Shown one piece after another: positions 10,132 through 20,485 of a DNA stretch of 64,000 nucleotides. The position numbers were made by a program, and so were the translations under genes. Positions within the stretch are counted from its first letter, which is position 1, and every line of letters starts with the position of its first letter. A model generated the notes under the pieces. The model worked only from the letters and a program-made list of their open reading frames with translations, was not told the origin of the DNA and did no database searches. Origin of the DNA: Candidatus Bruticola sp. (lineage in GTDB: Bacteria; Vulcanimicrobiota; Xenobia; Xenobiales; Xenobiaceae); contig JBJEGD010000003.1 in the NCBI GenBank assembly GCA_051874735.1, positions 1 to 64,000 of the forward strand, in the 5' to 3' direction.

Positions 10132-11571
10132 TTATTCAGCCTTATTCTCAGTCTTCTCTTCAGCCTTAACCTCGGTAGCCTCAGCTTTAGGCTCAGTTCC
10201 TTCTTTGGCAGCTTCTTCAGCGGCTTTCTTAGCAGCTTCTTCAGCGGCACGCTCTTCAGGAGTCTTGGGAGCTACATAAGTGACTTTTGCAGTGTCAACC
10301 AGGTGCTGGGTCACTTTGTCGCGGAGGATGCTATAACGCAGCATACCGATAGTACCGGCTTTCTCCATGCGGCGCTTCAAAGAAGCAGCAGTCTGTCTAG
10401 CGCGCTTAGCCTCTTCATCGATCACGCTATTTATTTCTTCCTCGCTAACCTCAGTACCGAGCAAACGAGCTAAGTTCTTAACTAAAATTTCTAAGCGAGC
10501 CTCACCAAAGCCCATCAAGCTAACATGCTTCTGCCAATCTTCGAGACGACGTCCCTGCTCTTGCAGCATCTGATCTAATCTGCGGCCATCGGCAGCTAAG
10601 TTGTTCATAACTCTATTATTGAACACGCGAGCATGATAAGCAGATAAGTTGCTAGGCACTAATTCGGTGGGAACCTGACCGGCTATAGCGTAATAAACCT
10701 TCTCGGCTATTCCCTGATTAGCTTCAGCCTGAATGCGCTCTTTCATTAAGTCAGCAATGTTTTTGCGCAAATCCTCAATATTGTCAAATTGAGAGTTAGA
10801 AATTTCCTTAATGAACTCAGCATTCAACTCAGGAAGCACGCACTCTTTAATTTCTTTAAGATGGAAAACGAAATGAATCTTGTGACCAGCGATGGGAGAC
10901 TTGTGATCAGCAGGGAACTCAGCATCGAACTCTCTGGTCTCACCGGGCTTCATACCGTAAAGATTCTCTAAGAATCCGGGGATATATCTGTCTGGGGCGA
11001 GCTCCATGGGGAAGTCTTTAGCTTCGCCATCTTTTACAGGCTTTCCATCTTCAAAGCTCTCGTAATTGACATAAGCTATATCTCCAGCCTGAAGACCGCG
11101 ATCCTCAACGGTCTGCAGTACAGCACGGCCAGCGCGAGTACGCTCAATAGCGCTGTCTATGTCTTCTTCAGTGGGCTCGTAACGCTCCTGTTCTACTTCT
11201 ACGCCCTCATAATCCTTAAGATCAATAGTAGGAATTACTTCAAACTCAGCCGTAAAGGTCAGCTCCTCACCACGATCGCCAGACACCTTAGTAAACTCAG
11301 GCTGAGAAACGACTTCAACTTTTTCCTTCTCGGCAGCTTCACTGAAAGAGCGAGGAATAACCGTTTCCAGGACGTCGCGCTTAAGCATTTGGTTTGGGAT
11401 GTATTTGCGGCCCATGTAAGCAGGGACTTTACCGCGGCGGAAACCAGGCAGAGAGAGCATTTTTAAAGCTTCTTTAAAAGCCTTGGCATAAGCCTGCTCG
11501 ACGGTATCAGCATCAACAACAACTTCCATGCTGCGCTTGATGGGAGAGAGTTCAGTCAGAGTAACCTTCAT
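10132..11571 (-). CDS. tig: Trigger factor
   Basis: GFRRGKVP ribosome-binding signature, FKBP domain, upstream of clpP-clpX. Confidence 0.95.
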   Translation of the reverse strand: MKVTLTELSPIKRSMEVVVDADTVEQAYAKAFKEALKMLSLPGFRRGKVPAYMGRKYIPNQMLKRDVLETVIPRSFSEAAEKEKVEVVSQPEFTKVSGDRGEELTFTAEFEVIPTIDLKDYEGVEVEQERYEPTEEDIDSAIERTRAGRAVLQTVEDRGLQAGDIAYVNYESFEDGKPVKDGEAKDFPMELAPDRYIPGFLENLYGMKPGETREFDAEFPADHKSPIAGHKIHFVFHLKEIKECVLPELNAEFIKEISNSQFDNIEDLRKNIADLMKERIQAEANQGIAEKVYYAIAGQVPTELVPSNLSAYHARVFNNRVMNNLAADGRRLDQMLQEQGRRLEDWQKHVSLMGFGEARLEILVKNLARLLGTEVSEEEINSVIDEEAKRARQTAASLKRRMEKAGTIGMLRYSILRDKVTQHLVDTAKVTYVAPKTPEERAAEEAAKKAAEEAAKEGTEPKAEATEVKAEEKTENKAE

Positions 11572-11747
11572 TTTTTCCTCCTAGAAAATCTTAGGACTGG
11601 CGGCGTTAGATCGTCCACCCCAATACAGAGACACTTCACGTGCCATCAAAATGATCGGAGCCCGCGTCGCTAAGGTTCACACATTTTTTACTTACGCTGT
11701 TAGATAAAACAAATAGAGACCACCTTTACGGCGGTCCCTACTCGCTG

Positions 11748-11822
11748 TGGAGCGGAAGAAGAGATTCGAACTCTCGACCCTTGCCTTGGCAAGGCAATGC
11801 TCTACCGCTGAGCTACTTCCGC
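11748..11822 (-). tRNA. tRNA-Gly(GCC), copy 2
   Basis: Cloverleaf GCGGAAG...CTTCCGCTCCA with anticodon loop TT-GCC-AA. Confidence 0.97.
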
Positions 11823-11921
11823 AAAATATGACCGAGAGCAACCTGCACTTACAATACCGGCCAATCTCGCTTTATTCCCCGATGTCGGGCACTTAAAGAT
11901 TGAAAATTGCACCTTTTTGTA

Positions 11922-11996
11922 TGGAGCGGAAGAAGAGATTCGAACTCTCGACCCTTGCCTTGGCAAGGCAATGCTCTACCGCTGAGCTACTTCCGC
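11922..11996 (-). tRNA. tRNA-Gly(GCC), copy 1
   Basis: Identical 75-nt sequence to 11748-11822. Confidence 0.97.
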
Positions 11997-12020
11997 ATGT
12001 ACAATCCTAACTTTAAGCTG

Positions 12021-12099
12021 TGGGCGGGAAGGGACTCGAACCCTTACGATTTCTCACTGGCTCCTAAGACCAGCGCGTCTACCATTCCGCCACCCGCCC
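12021..12099 (-). tRNA. tRNA-Leu(TAG)
   Basis: GGGCGGG/CCCGCCC acceptor stem, GGCGGAATGGTAGACGC D-arm, anticodon TAG, variable arm. CCA is not encoded. Confidence 0.93.
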
Positions 12100-12106
12100 G
12101 AAGAGG

Positions 12107-12182
<76 letters not shown>

Positions 12183-12200
12183 GTACCGCTTACGGGCAGT

Positions 12201-12229
12201 ATATTACTCAAACGAGGGATCGATGTCAA
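12201..12229 (-). promoter_or_regulatory. sigma70-type promoter of the tRNA Lys-Leu-Gly-Gly cluster
   Basis: TTGACA-N17-TAATAT on the minus strand about 19 nt upstream of tRNA-Lys. Confidence 0.75.
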
Positions 12230-12453
12230 GGGCTTTGCTTCAAAAAAAATAGTTTTTTTTCGAGCTCCATCTCGCCTAAGCTCAGATATTGTTTAAAAGC
12301 CCAATATTGACAATACTTTTAAGCTATTTGAGGCCACAACCTTGAAGTAAGGAAGGCCTTAAATCGAGGAAGGACAAGACCTAAAAAGCTCAAAAAAAAA
12401 CTCGCCAATCGATAAAAAAGCTAGGCTTTGACAGCTAAACATTTTTTAAGAAG

Positions 12454-12885
12454 GTGCAAATTATGCAGTGGAAACGCAACGGAGAACTCGTTTTGGTCAC
12501 GATGATACCAGGCGATAAATTGAAAGACTCTATACTTCAAGCAGCTAAAGAAGCTGGTCTCGAATCGGCTGTAGTTTCTGGTTTGGGAGGAGTGCGCAAC
12601 ATTGAACTGGGGCTGGCGAAGGCAGATCTTAGCGGCTACGATACGGTCTGCTTCCATGGAGCATGGGAATTAGTAAGTTTAACTGGTAATATATCCAGCC
12701 TGAAAGGCGAACCTTTCCTGCACGCCCACGCGGCTTTAGGTGGAGTCAACGGAGAAATGAAAGGCGGCCATTTAATTGAAGCAGAAATAAACGTAACTGC
12801 AGAAATTTTCCTTTATCCCTTAGCAGAACCTGTTAAACGCGGAGTTTCCCCCTACTTCGACGGTATAAAAGTCTGGAACTTTTAA
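12454..12885 (+). CDS. PPC/DUF296 domain protein
   Basis: ELVSLTGNIS, HAHAALG and GGHL motifs. Confidence 0.88.
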   Translation: MQIMQWKRNGELVLVTMIPGDKLKDSILQAAKEAGLESAVVSGLGGVRNIELGLAKADLSGYDTVCFHGAWELVSLTGNISSLKGEPFLHAHAALGGVNGEMKGGHLIEAEINVTAEIFLYPLAEPVKRGVSPYFDGIKVWNF

Positions 12886-12913
12886 ACTTATTACAAGCAG
12901 GCTTAACCACAAT

Positions 12914-13750
12914 ATGGAATACACTAAACTTAACAACGGACTGTCTATGCCCTTACTAGGGTTTGGACTTTATAAAGTTGAGCCATCTGAAAGCTACCGG
13001 TGCGTATCTCAAGCTTTAGAAGTAGGATACAGACTTCTTGATACAGCCCAGTTTTATGCTAACGAAGCTGAGACGGGCCGAGCGATCGCCGCTTCAGGCC
13101 TTCCCCGCCGCGATATTTTTCTGACTACCAAAATTTGGTACGACCACAGCGGCTACGAGAAAGCCCGCGAATCTATCAAGCAATCTCTGGAACGCTTGCA
13201 AACCGATTATGTCGATCTGCTGCTTATCCATCAACCTCTGGGCGACTATTACGGCACTTACAGAGCTATGGAAGAAGCCTATACTCAAGGCTTAGCTAAA
13301 GCTATCGGAGTATCGAATTTTACCCCAGATAGGCTAATTGATCTCTGCTATTTTTCTAAAGTTAAACCTATGGTCAACCAAGTAGAAGCCCATGTCTTCT
13401 TCCAGCAGAAAGCAGCTAGACAGATCATGAACAAATATCACGTGCAGATCGAGTCGTGGGGCTCTCTAGCCCAAGGACGTTCAGACTGCTTCACTAATGA
13501 AACGCTGCTCAAAATTGGCCAAACTCATCACAAAAGTCCCGCTCAAATTGCCTTGCGTTTCTTAATTCAGAGCGGGATTGTGGCTATTCCTAAGTCGTCC
13601 AATCTATCTAGAATAGCTCAGAATTTTGATATTTTTGATTTTGACCTTAATAAACAGGAAATAGATGAAATTGAAGCTCTCGATCGGGGCGTGGGCTTTT
13701 CTAAGCCGGCTAACGACAGCCAGAGGGTCGAATACCTTTTAGGTATTTAA
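12914..13750 (+). CDS. Aldo/keto reductase (2,5-DKG reductase-like)
   Basis: DTAQFYANE, TTK, DLLLIH, IGVSNF and IPKS motifs. Confidence 0.93.
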   Translation: MEYTKLNNGLSMPLLGFGLYKVEPSESYRCVSQALEVGYRLLDTAQFYANEAETGRAIAASGLPRRDIFLTTKIWYDHSGYEKARESIKQSLERLQTDYVDLLLIHQPLGDYYGTYRAMEEAYTQGLAKAIGVSNFTPDRLIDLCYFSKVKPMVNQVEAHVFFQQKAARQIMNKYHVQIESWGSLAQGRSDCFTNETLLKIGQTHHKSPAQIALRFLIQSGIVAIPKSSNLSRIAQNFDIFDFDLNKQEIDEIEALDRGVGFSKPANDSQRVEYLLGI

Positions 13751-13828
13751 AAGACTTCTGCACCTACAAAAAATCTGTTTCTTACGCTACCTGTTTCTTA
13801 CGCTTTTAAAAGCCTTGACTGAGTCCGT

Positions 13829-14929
13829 TTAACGAAACCCCTGGCGGCGCAGCCAAGGCTCGAAAGCGTCAGCCCAAGCTCGATGAATAATGGGACCAGG
13901 ATGATGGCTGGTGTTGCCCGTGACCCTATTTTTAGCTAGTTGTGATCCCGGAGGATCAATCAAACAAAAGTTATAGGCCTTACCCATCGTTTGGCATCCA
14001 CGAGCGAACAGATCCGCATTATTGTCAAGTATAACTACGGTAAATTGGCAATCTTGCTGACAGCAGGTTTCATACATTTCGTCGAGCAGCTTCTGTTGTA
14101 CTTTGACCAAATAAGAAACGGAAGGTATTTCCACAACCTCTGGCCCTAAAATATTCCTTCGGATAAAGTTGTTAATTTGAAAAGACCAGCTGTCCGTATC
14201 CTCAAGCCTTTGAGACTTGAATAGCTTATCGCTGTGTGCATTAAAAAAGTAAGCACTCCAAACGCGCTTAAAAAAATTAACAGTAAGAAAACGATCCTCT
14301 CCTGGCCAATTAAAAGAATCGCTGCTGTGCTCTATTAATTTTCCTTCTTTCAGCTCCACATAAGGCTGCAGCTTGTAAGCTCCATTTCCCCGCAACACCC
14401 CCCAAATGCGACGATCGACATTGCGGGTCAAATGTAACGGTATCATGCCGTAAACAACTAAATCGTATTTTTTCTGCTCCAGAACTCTCCGCATAGCCAT
14501 TAAGGCTTGATGGGCTCCAAAGCCACTTACACCGTAATTATCAAAAACGGTATCGGGGAAACGCTCGTTTAGCAAATAAGGAAAAGTTTTTTCGTCGGCG
14601 ACTCCGCAACCGAAAGTAAAAGAACACCCAAAAAGAGCTACTCTGCGGCTGCCTTTTTTCTCAATATTAGGTCGAGAAATCCGCAATCCATTAGTTCCTA
14701 CATGCTGCATAACCTGACTGTCTTCTTCAGAAGGGTAGCTGCCAACTTCCCATCCCCAGCCACACTCATCCCAAGCCTGACGCAAATACTGAGGCACTAG
14801 AGCCCTTCTAGAACGAAGTAAAGCATAACCGTTCAGATTTACCCCTTTAGACGCCAAATAAAGCTCACCACTTATAAAGATAATGATAGCAGCCATTACA
14901 CACCATAAAGCGAAACGAATTATTTTCAT
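13829..14929 (-). CDS. Membrane-anchored SGNH/GDSL-like hydrolase, paralogue 1
   Basis: N-terminal TM, block I GCSFTFG, block II NYGVSG, C-terminal HP. Confidence 0.75.
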   Translation of the reverse strand: MKIIRFALWCVMAAIIIFISGELYLASKGVNLNGYALLRSRRALVPQYLRQAWDECGWGWEVGSYPSEEDSQVMQHVGTNGLRISRPNIEKKGSRRVALFGCSFTFGCGVADEKTFPYLLNERFPDTVFDNYGVSGFGAHQALMAMRRVLEQKKYDLVVYGMIPLHLTRNVDRRIWGVLRGNGAYKLQPYVELKEGKLIEHSSDSFNWPGEDRFLTVNFFKRVWSAYFFNAHSDKLFKSQRLEDTDSWSFQINNFIRRNILGPEVVEIPSVSYLVKVQQKLLDEMYETCCQQDCQFTVVILDNNADLFARGCQTMGKAYNFCLIDPPGSQLAKNRVTGNTSHHPGPIIHRAWADAFEPWLRRQGFR

Positions 14930-14999
14930 AAAAAAAGCTATCCTTTAATGTGGCAAAAAAAATCCGCTTTCATTCCGACAGATGAACGAAAACGGACCA

Positions 15000-15038
15000 C
15001 TGCTGGGAAGCTCATCTGGAGGATGAGCTTCCCAGCAG
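15000..15038. terminator. Perfect 17-bp inverted repeat downstream of the peptidase gene
   Basis: ctgctgggaagctcatc-tggag-gatgagcttcccagcag. A second hairpin with a minus-strand U tract lies at about 14956-14996. Confidence 0.6.
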
Positions 15039-15062
15039 GCTTAGGCTGCACTTAACAGTAAA

Positions 15063-16790
15063 CTAATAAATGTTCTTGACAACTCCGTCCTTATCAGTAT
15101 GAATCAGATTGACTTGAGCACTTTTAGGCACAGTAGCTTCAATACTTAAAGGGGCGTCCGTGGTTGTCATCATGCTAAGGAAACAGTTGAACCAAGGCAT
15201 AACTTCAAACTTACTAGCAGTCAGTTTGGGATAAACGGAGCGATAGGTAATATCAACCGCTTTATTAATAGACACCGGCGAAACGCTATCGCCAGACTTC
15301 AGATAGTAATTGCTACCACCGAAGTTAATATAGGGTATAGTGTAGTCAGCGTACAGATCGGGCAGCCCATCTGTACCACTGAGAGAAACAGCCATATCGT
15401 AGCGATGCATGATGTCATTGATAGGCTCTTCTAAAGACTCTTCCAAAAGATCGATACCAGTACGGGGTGAAGTATAAATACTCTTAAGCTTATCTTTACC
15501 GTAATAGCCGAGCACATGCAAAGCGAAAAGATGACCCATACCAGCTTTATCTTTAATTTCTTCATCAAAGAAAGCCTGCGGGAATATTTCACTAACTTCA
15601 AACTCTTCAGTATCAAGCAAGGTTGCTCCATTCATGTAGCGGTAGATAGGATCGATGGAGTATATAGACGCTCCGCCTCCAACCTCATTAACACCAGCTT
15701 TATATAAACCGCTAGAGCAAAGTTCAGCACCAAGTTCCGCAAAGCCCTCGACCAGAACGGGCTCACCGACAGCTTCATACAAATTTTTCACTGAGCCGTA
15801 AGTATCTGGCAAACCTAAATCGGTAAAAGCACCATTTTGGGCGACTTTCTGGTTCAGCTGAGTAAGATGGACGAATTCATGAGCCAAAACAGACTTGACA
15901 TTCTCATGAACATAATTCTCTGACTTTTCGTCGTCAGACAGCAAAAGCTCGTAATTCAAATAAACATACTCGCCGTGATTGCTGTAATTCTGCTTTGTTA
16001 AGCTGCTATGCTCATTTTGAACTTCAGGCAGAAGATCGCGGGCACTAACGTATCCGTAGGCCTCTCCCCGATCGTTACCTTTGGACATCTGTTCGCTATT
16101 CAAAAGTACAATATTAACTTTGCTATCGTTATCCCGACCGCCGCCAGTCTTCCACTCGGTTCCGCAGACACTGGTAATTTGCTCGTAAATTTCTTCATCA
16201 AAAATTTTGGCAATCTGCTTGGCCTGAACTGAAGATACAACGGGCTCATATTTGGCGGTTTCTTCGTTGTATTCCGCATACGAAAGAATATTGCAATGCG
16301 TGGTATCTGAGTTGCCGACGACCTTAGACACATAAACTTTTTGAGCAGTACCGCCAAAAGCGACCCAAATAGGCTCGACATTGCCAATATCTAAACCGTC
16401 AAAACGAGCGTTAGCGCCGTTTTCCTGGACAGTAACTATATCATCAGCAGCTTCAGAGAAACCGCAGGAAATCGGAACGTAATCGCTCCCTTCATCTTCG
16501 TCTTTGCCTAAAGCTTTGTCGCTACTAGCAGCATAATCTACATCGGAGCTGACAGAAATTTCGCGAGTTTCTTTATCTGCTGTAGTTTTGGCATTAGTAG
16601 AAACAACCATCCGACACAGATCGTCACTTTTACAGTCGGGTACAAGATAAGAAACAACCTTCTGAGAATCGGAGATCGGGTGGATATCCGGAACGACATA
16701 GTTAGAAGCATCTCCTCCGCTGCCACTGCAGCCGACAGAAGTAGCCGCAGCTATTGCTAGGGCCATCCAACCAAAGATACATCTCCGCAT
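15063..16790 (-). CDS. Lipoprotein zinc metallopeptidase (HEXXH, M30-like)
   Basis: ATG at 16790 with GGAGG RBS, lipobox SVG-C, LAHEFVHL and downstream EGFAE third ligand. Confidence 0.8.
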   Translation of the reverse strand: MRRCIFGWMALAIAAATSVGCSGSGGDASNYVVPDIHPISDSQKVVSYLVPDCKSDDLCRMVVSTNAKTTADKETREISVSSDVDYAASSDKALGKDEDEGSDYVPISCGFSEAADDIVTVQENGANARFDGLDIGNVEPIWVAFGGTAQKVYVSKVVGNSDTTHCNILSYAEYNEETAKYEPVVSSVQAKQIAKIFDEEIYEQITSVCGTEWKTGGGRDNDSKVNIVLLNSEQMSKGNDRGEAYGYVSARDLLPEVQNEHSSLTKQNYSNHGEYVYLNYELLLSDDEKSENYVHENVKSVLAHEFVHLTQLNQKVAQNGAFTDLGLPDTYGSVKNLYEAVGEPVLVEGFAELGAELCSSGLYKAGVNEVGGGASIYSIDPIYRYMNGATLLDTEEFEVSEIFPQAFFDEEIKDKAGMGHLFALHVLGYYGKDKLKSIYTSPRTGIDLLEESLEEPINDIMHRYDMAVSLSGTDGLPDLYADYTIPYINFGGSNYYLKSGDSVSPVSINKAVDITYRSVYPKLTASKFEVMPWFNCFLSMMTTTDAPLSIEATVPKSAQVNLIHTDKDGVVKNIY

Positions 16791-17006
16791 CGAGCACCTC
16801 CAAAGAGTACTAAACAAAAATATTTTAGAAAGAATTATAACAAAAAATAAATCGAACAGCCGCTTAAACCGACGAACAGCGGAATTCTTATTTTTCAAGC
16901 GACAAGCGGGATTTCCTCCAAGAGGCACACAAAGAGAGAATAAACTGACAGCCGCCTCTGCACCCGCTCACAAAATTCAGCTGTACTCGATAGTTCTTCT
17001 TTAGAT

Positions 17007-17708
17007 TTAAAACTCTTGCTTGGTGTACGTACCGTCAGACTTCCCCGTAACACAAACCTTAGCATATCCAGAGAAAATCCCAGTTTCTACTACTCCGGTA
17101 AGAGCCTTAAGGCAACTATGTAACTCTGCAGGTTTTTCTATTTTATCAAATTGGCAATCGACAATATAATTGCCCTGATCAGTAACGAAGATCTGGCCAT
17201 CACGCCGACGCAGTTCTAGATTAGGAGTAAAAGCACTCAACCGCTCTATAGTGCGACTCCAAGCGAATGAGACGATTTCTACAGGCAATTTGAAAGTAGT
17301 GCCTAAATACTCTACATGTTTGGCTTCATCAACGATAACAATCATCTTGTCAGCAGCAGCAGCTACATACTTTTCACGCAGCAGAGCTCCTCCGCCACCT
17401 TTAGTTAAATTACCCAAAGGATCAATCTCGTCAGCGCCATCTACAACTATATCTAAATGACCGAAATCGGGGTACTCTTTATCAAGTTCCAGCCCTAAAC
17501 TTATAGCTTGCTTGGCGGTAACTTCGGAAGTAGGTACACAGACGACACACCAATTTTCTTTTTGGCATTGCTCAGCCAAAAGAGAGACAAACTTTTCAGC
17601 CGTTGAACCAGTGCCCAAACCAATACGCATGCCGTCCCGCACATAATCTAGAGCACCTCGAGCAGCAGCGATTTTGGCTGTTTCACGCGCATCCATAGAA
17701 ATTACCAT
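17007..17708 (-). CDS. rpiA: Ribose-5-phosphate isomerase A
   Basis: GLGTGST, DGADEID, KGGGGALLREK and GVVETG motifs. Confidence 0.97.
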   Translation of the reverse strand: MVISMDARETAKIAAARGALDYVRDGMRIGLGTGSTAEKFVSLLAEQCQKENWCVVCVPTSEVTAKQAISLGLELDKEYPDFGHLDIVVDGADEIDPLGNLTKGGGGALLREKYVAAAADKMIVIVDEAKHVEYLGTTFKLPVEIVSFAWSRTIERLSAFTPNLELRRRDGQIFVTDQGNYIVDCQFDKIEKPAELHSCLKALTGVVETGIFSGYAKVCVTGKSDGTYTKQEF

Positions 17709-17788
17709 CCTTCCTCGAAAGCCTTACAGGCTTAAATAGTTATCTTAACCTAATTAGGCAACCTCATACTTGCCCGTTAATTGATAAA

Positions 17789-19246
17789 TTAAACCTTAAA
17801 TCGCACTCCGTAAGAAGCACGGCCCGATAAAGACTTCCAACTATCAGCGTAAGCAGCTACATGCTTTTCCTCAGTTTTACAATCTTTGTGATCGGTAATC
17901 TCGTCTTTAGCCTTACAACTGTCATTCTGACAGTTCCTGCGAGATTCTTCCGCTCCACAGCCCTCGATCGACATGTTGAGAGGCTCTTGTGTGCGTTCTG
18001 AACATTTAGAACAGAAGCTGCTTCTCCGCATACGATTATAGCGGTATTTCTGACAGAGGTCGCGCCAGCACAGATAATCCTCAGTATCAGCTTCCCCCAC
18101 CTGACAGAGCAGATTGAACAGGGTAAGTGAATAAGGGAAAGACGCTTTTGAAGCTAAATCCCTGGCGGCTGCGCTGCTCAAATGACCGCTCAACATAAGC
18201 TTTAAATTTATAAAATACTGCGTAACCTCGCACTGAGTTTGGCGACATAAGCCAAAACACTCAGCCATAGGGCTGATTAACCCATCAATCCAACTGTCCT
18301 CTTCAAAACCGTGTTTAAAGCAACCACTTACAAACATAGGCAATATTAGAGCTGTAAAACGATAAGCTCTTTCTTTAGCCGGTTCGAATCTCAACTGATC
18401 GCTCAAATCGAGAAGTCTGTCAAACAAAAATGTAGAGCGGCGATATGCTTCAGAGTCACAACGAGAATCAGTCAAATATTTAGTAATACTAGGTACGAGA
18501 TCGGCCAACAAACCGCTATTTAAGAGCATGTGAAAACTTCTTCGGGAACAGCCTAATTCCAAAAAACGCAGCAGTTCTTCTTGTACTCTAGGCAAAGAAG
18601 AAGTTTTGATCAATAAATGCTTCTTTAAAATCGCTTCCCAAGTGCGTTTTTCAATAGTAAAACCTAACTTAGCGCAAAATTTTATAGCTCTGAGCATACG
18701 CACAGGATCTTCTGCGAAGCGCTTTTCCGGAACTCCAATCGTGCTGACCAGCCGGTTATTCATATCTTCCAAACCGCCTACAAAGTCAAGCATTTCTTGG
18801 CCCATTAAATCAAAAAAAAGACCATTAATTTTAAAATCGCGCCGCCAGGCATCTTCTTTGGGCGAACCAAAAGTGTTGTCAAGTACTATCCCGTCGTCTC
18901 CACAGAAATCGTCTTCACACATATATTCGGAAAGCTGAAGATCGGGGTTGCGCCGAAAAGTGGCAACTTCAATAATTTTTTTACCACAGCACACATGAGC
19001 CAGACGGAAGCGGCGCCCCACTAAACGGCTGTTGCTAAAAAGTCGGCGAACTTGGGACGGACGAGCAGTAGTAGCTATATCGAAATCTTTGGGAACCCGG
19101 CCCAGAAGCATATCACGCACGCATCCGCCAACCAGATAAGCTGTATGACCGGCCTCATAAAGCCGACGGATCACACTTACGGCAGCCTTATCTATTTCTT
19201 CCTGGCCTATACAATTAGGCGTGCATTCACAAGTTTTCATCTGCAT
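17789..19246 (-). CDS. pcnB: Poly(A) polymerase, class II nucleotidyltransferase
   Basis: LVGGCVRD, KDFDIAT, PAP signature LVGRRFRLAHV, RRDF and EDPVRMLRA. Confidence 0.85.
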   Translation of the reverse strand: MQMKTCECTPNCIGQEEIDKAAVSVIRRLYEAGHTAYLVGGCVRDMLLGRVPKDFDIATTARPSQVRRLFSNSRLVGRRFRLAHVCCGKKIIEVATFRRNPDLQLSEYMCEDDFCGDDGIVLDNTFGSPKEDAWRRDFKINGLFFDLMGQEMLDFVGGLEDMNNRLVSTIGVPEKRFAEDPVRMLRAIKFCAKLGFTIEKRTWEAILKKHLLIKTSSLPRVQEELLRFLELGCSRRSFHMLLNSGLLADLVPSITKYLTDSRCDSEAYRRSTFLFDRLLDLSDQLRFEPAKERAYRFTALILPMFVSGCFKHGFEEDSWIDGLISPMAECFGLCRQTQCEVTQYFINLKLMLSGHLSSAAARDLASKASFPYSLTLFNLLCQVGEADTEDYLCWRDLCQKYRYNRMRRSSFCSKCSERTQEPLNMSIEGCGAEESRRNCQNDSCKAKDEITDHKDCKTEEKHVAAYADSWKSLSGRASYGVRFKV

Positions 19247-19393
19247 ATATGTTAATTTTTAAAGCAAAAAGACTGCCGCCCCCTATCGCTCGCAGTCTGA
19301 ATCACTCAGCATACCCCCCTGAGCATTCAGTCTCATAAAACTAAGCTCAGCCAGATGCCTTCATTAATTTTTCCCGTTTATACTGCACCGATA

Positions 19394-20485
19394 TTAGTTA
19401 TCCTTTTTACAGTTCAAGCCATTATTTGAATCTAATTTAGCTTGAATATGAGGGGCTAAACGATCAAGCCAGCGTTTCTGAGCTCTGTAGTTAGGATGCA
19501 GTGTCGGCTGACCGTGATTGCGATACAAAGGTTCATTCAGTTGTTTAAAAGAGATGTCCCAAACTGAGCAAGGCCATCCTCCTCTTTCTTCTTTGGCAGC
19601 TTCCGGCACAAACGTATTGCCCGTCAAATCGACGACTGAAAATTCGGCCCCAGCCCGACGGCAAACTTCATCCATAAGGACGGCACATTGGCGAACGATC
19701 TGCCATCCATCTCTGTCAAAACAACGCTGCCACTGCAGATCAGACTGTTCATGCAGGGTGACATTCTTTTTAGCTTGATTAGCTATATACAAAGTACGGG
19801 CAAAACGAACTCCGGCCCAAGTATCTTGGCCCGGCCAATCAAAAGCACAGCTGGGGAAAAATTCCCATGTTCTGCCGTTGTAGCTCATAGTTGGACAGAT
19901 TACGAAATAACTGTTCAGGCTGACTAAACCGTGAATATTCCAAAAGAACTGACGCCGTACATGATCGTCGATAAAAAAGTATAAAACTTGATCATATTTT
20001 TCTTTGCGTTCCAATAATAGATATTGGGCCAGCATCAAACACTGATAAGTACCCCAACGGCGCACTCCGTAATTATCAAAGCAGATATTAGGAAAGCGTT
20101 CATTTAAAAGCCAAGCTAAGGTGTCTCGATCCCGGATTCCCATACCGTAAGTGTAGGAACAACCGAGCATAAGTACCCTTCGGCCACTATTTTTTTCTTC
20201 ATGGGTTCGGCTAGCTCTCTGTCCGTTGGGCCAAACGGTCTCTTTGGCTACAGTTTCACTTTGAGACACGCCCACTCTATTCGTCCAACCGCATTGGGGT
20301 AAAATCTGAGTCAAAGGCTCAGGAACATTGCCATAAAATTGTTTTCTGCTAACTTCTAAAGCGGAAAAATCGACTAAAAAACAACGCATATATATTTCAG
20401 CCGCCGCTATAACGGACAAAATATAAAGACAGGACCGACCGGCGGCCTTAAGCTTTTTATTAAAATTTGTACTCATAAAATTCAC
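19394..20485 (-). CDS. SGNH/GDSL-like hydrolase, paralogue 2
   Basis: TM, CGW, WPNGQRASR, GCSYTYG, NYGV and HPN motifs. Confidence 0.75.
   Translation of the reverse strand: MNFMSTNFNKKLKAAGRSCLYILSVIAAAEIYMRCFLVDFSALEVSRKQFYGNVPEPLTQILPQCGWTNRVGVSQSETVAKETVWPNGQRASRTHEEKNSGRRVLMLGCSYTYGMGIRDRDTLAWLLNERFPNICFDNYGVRRWGTYQCLMLAQYLLLERKEKYDQVLYFFIDDHVRRQFFWNIHGLVSLNSYFVICPTMSYNGRTWEFFPSCAFDWPGQDTWAGVRFARTLYIANQAKKNVTLHEQSDLQWQRCFDRDGWQIVRQCAVLMDEVCRRAGAEFSVVDLTGNTFVPEAAKEERGGWPCSVWDISFKQLNEPLYRNHGQPTLHPNYRAQKRWLDRLAPHIQAKLDSNNGLNCKKDN

Noticed and set aside
11748-11996. Duplicate tRNA-Gly as attL/attR of an integrated element
   Set aside because: Both copies are full length, 99 bp apart, with no integrase. 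This is an ordinary tRNA gene duplication.
13775-13804. 14-bp direct repeat ctgtttcttacgct twice between convergent genes
   Set aside because: No associated element; likely a slippage duplication.
16791-16928. N-terminal 46-aa extension of the peptidase ORF
   Set aside because: The ATG at 16790 has a strong RBS and yields a proper lipoprotein signal.
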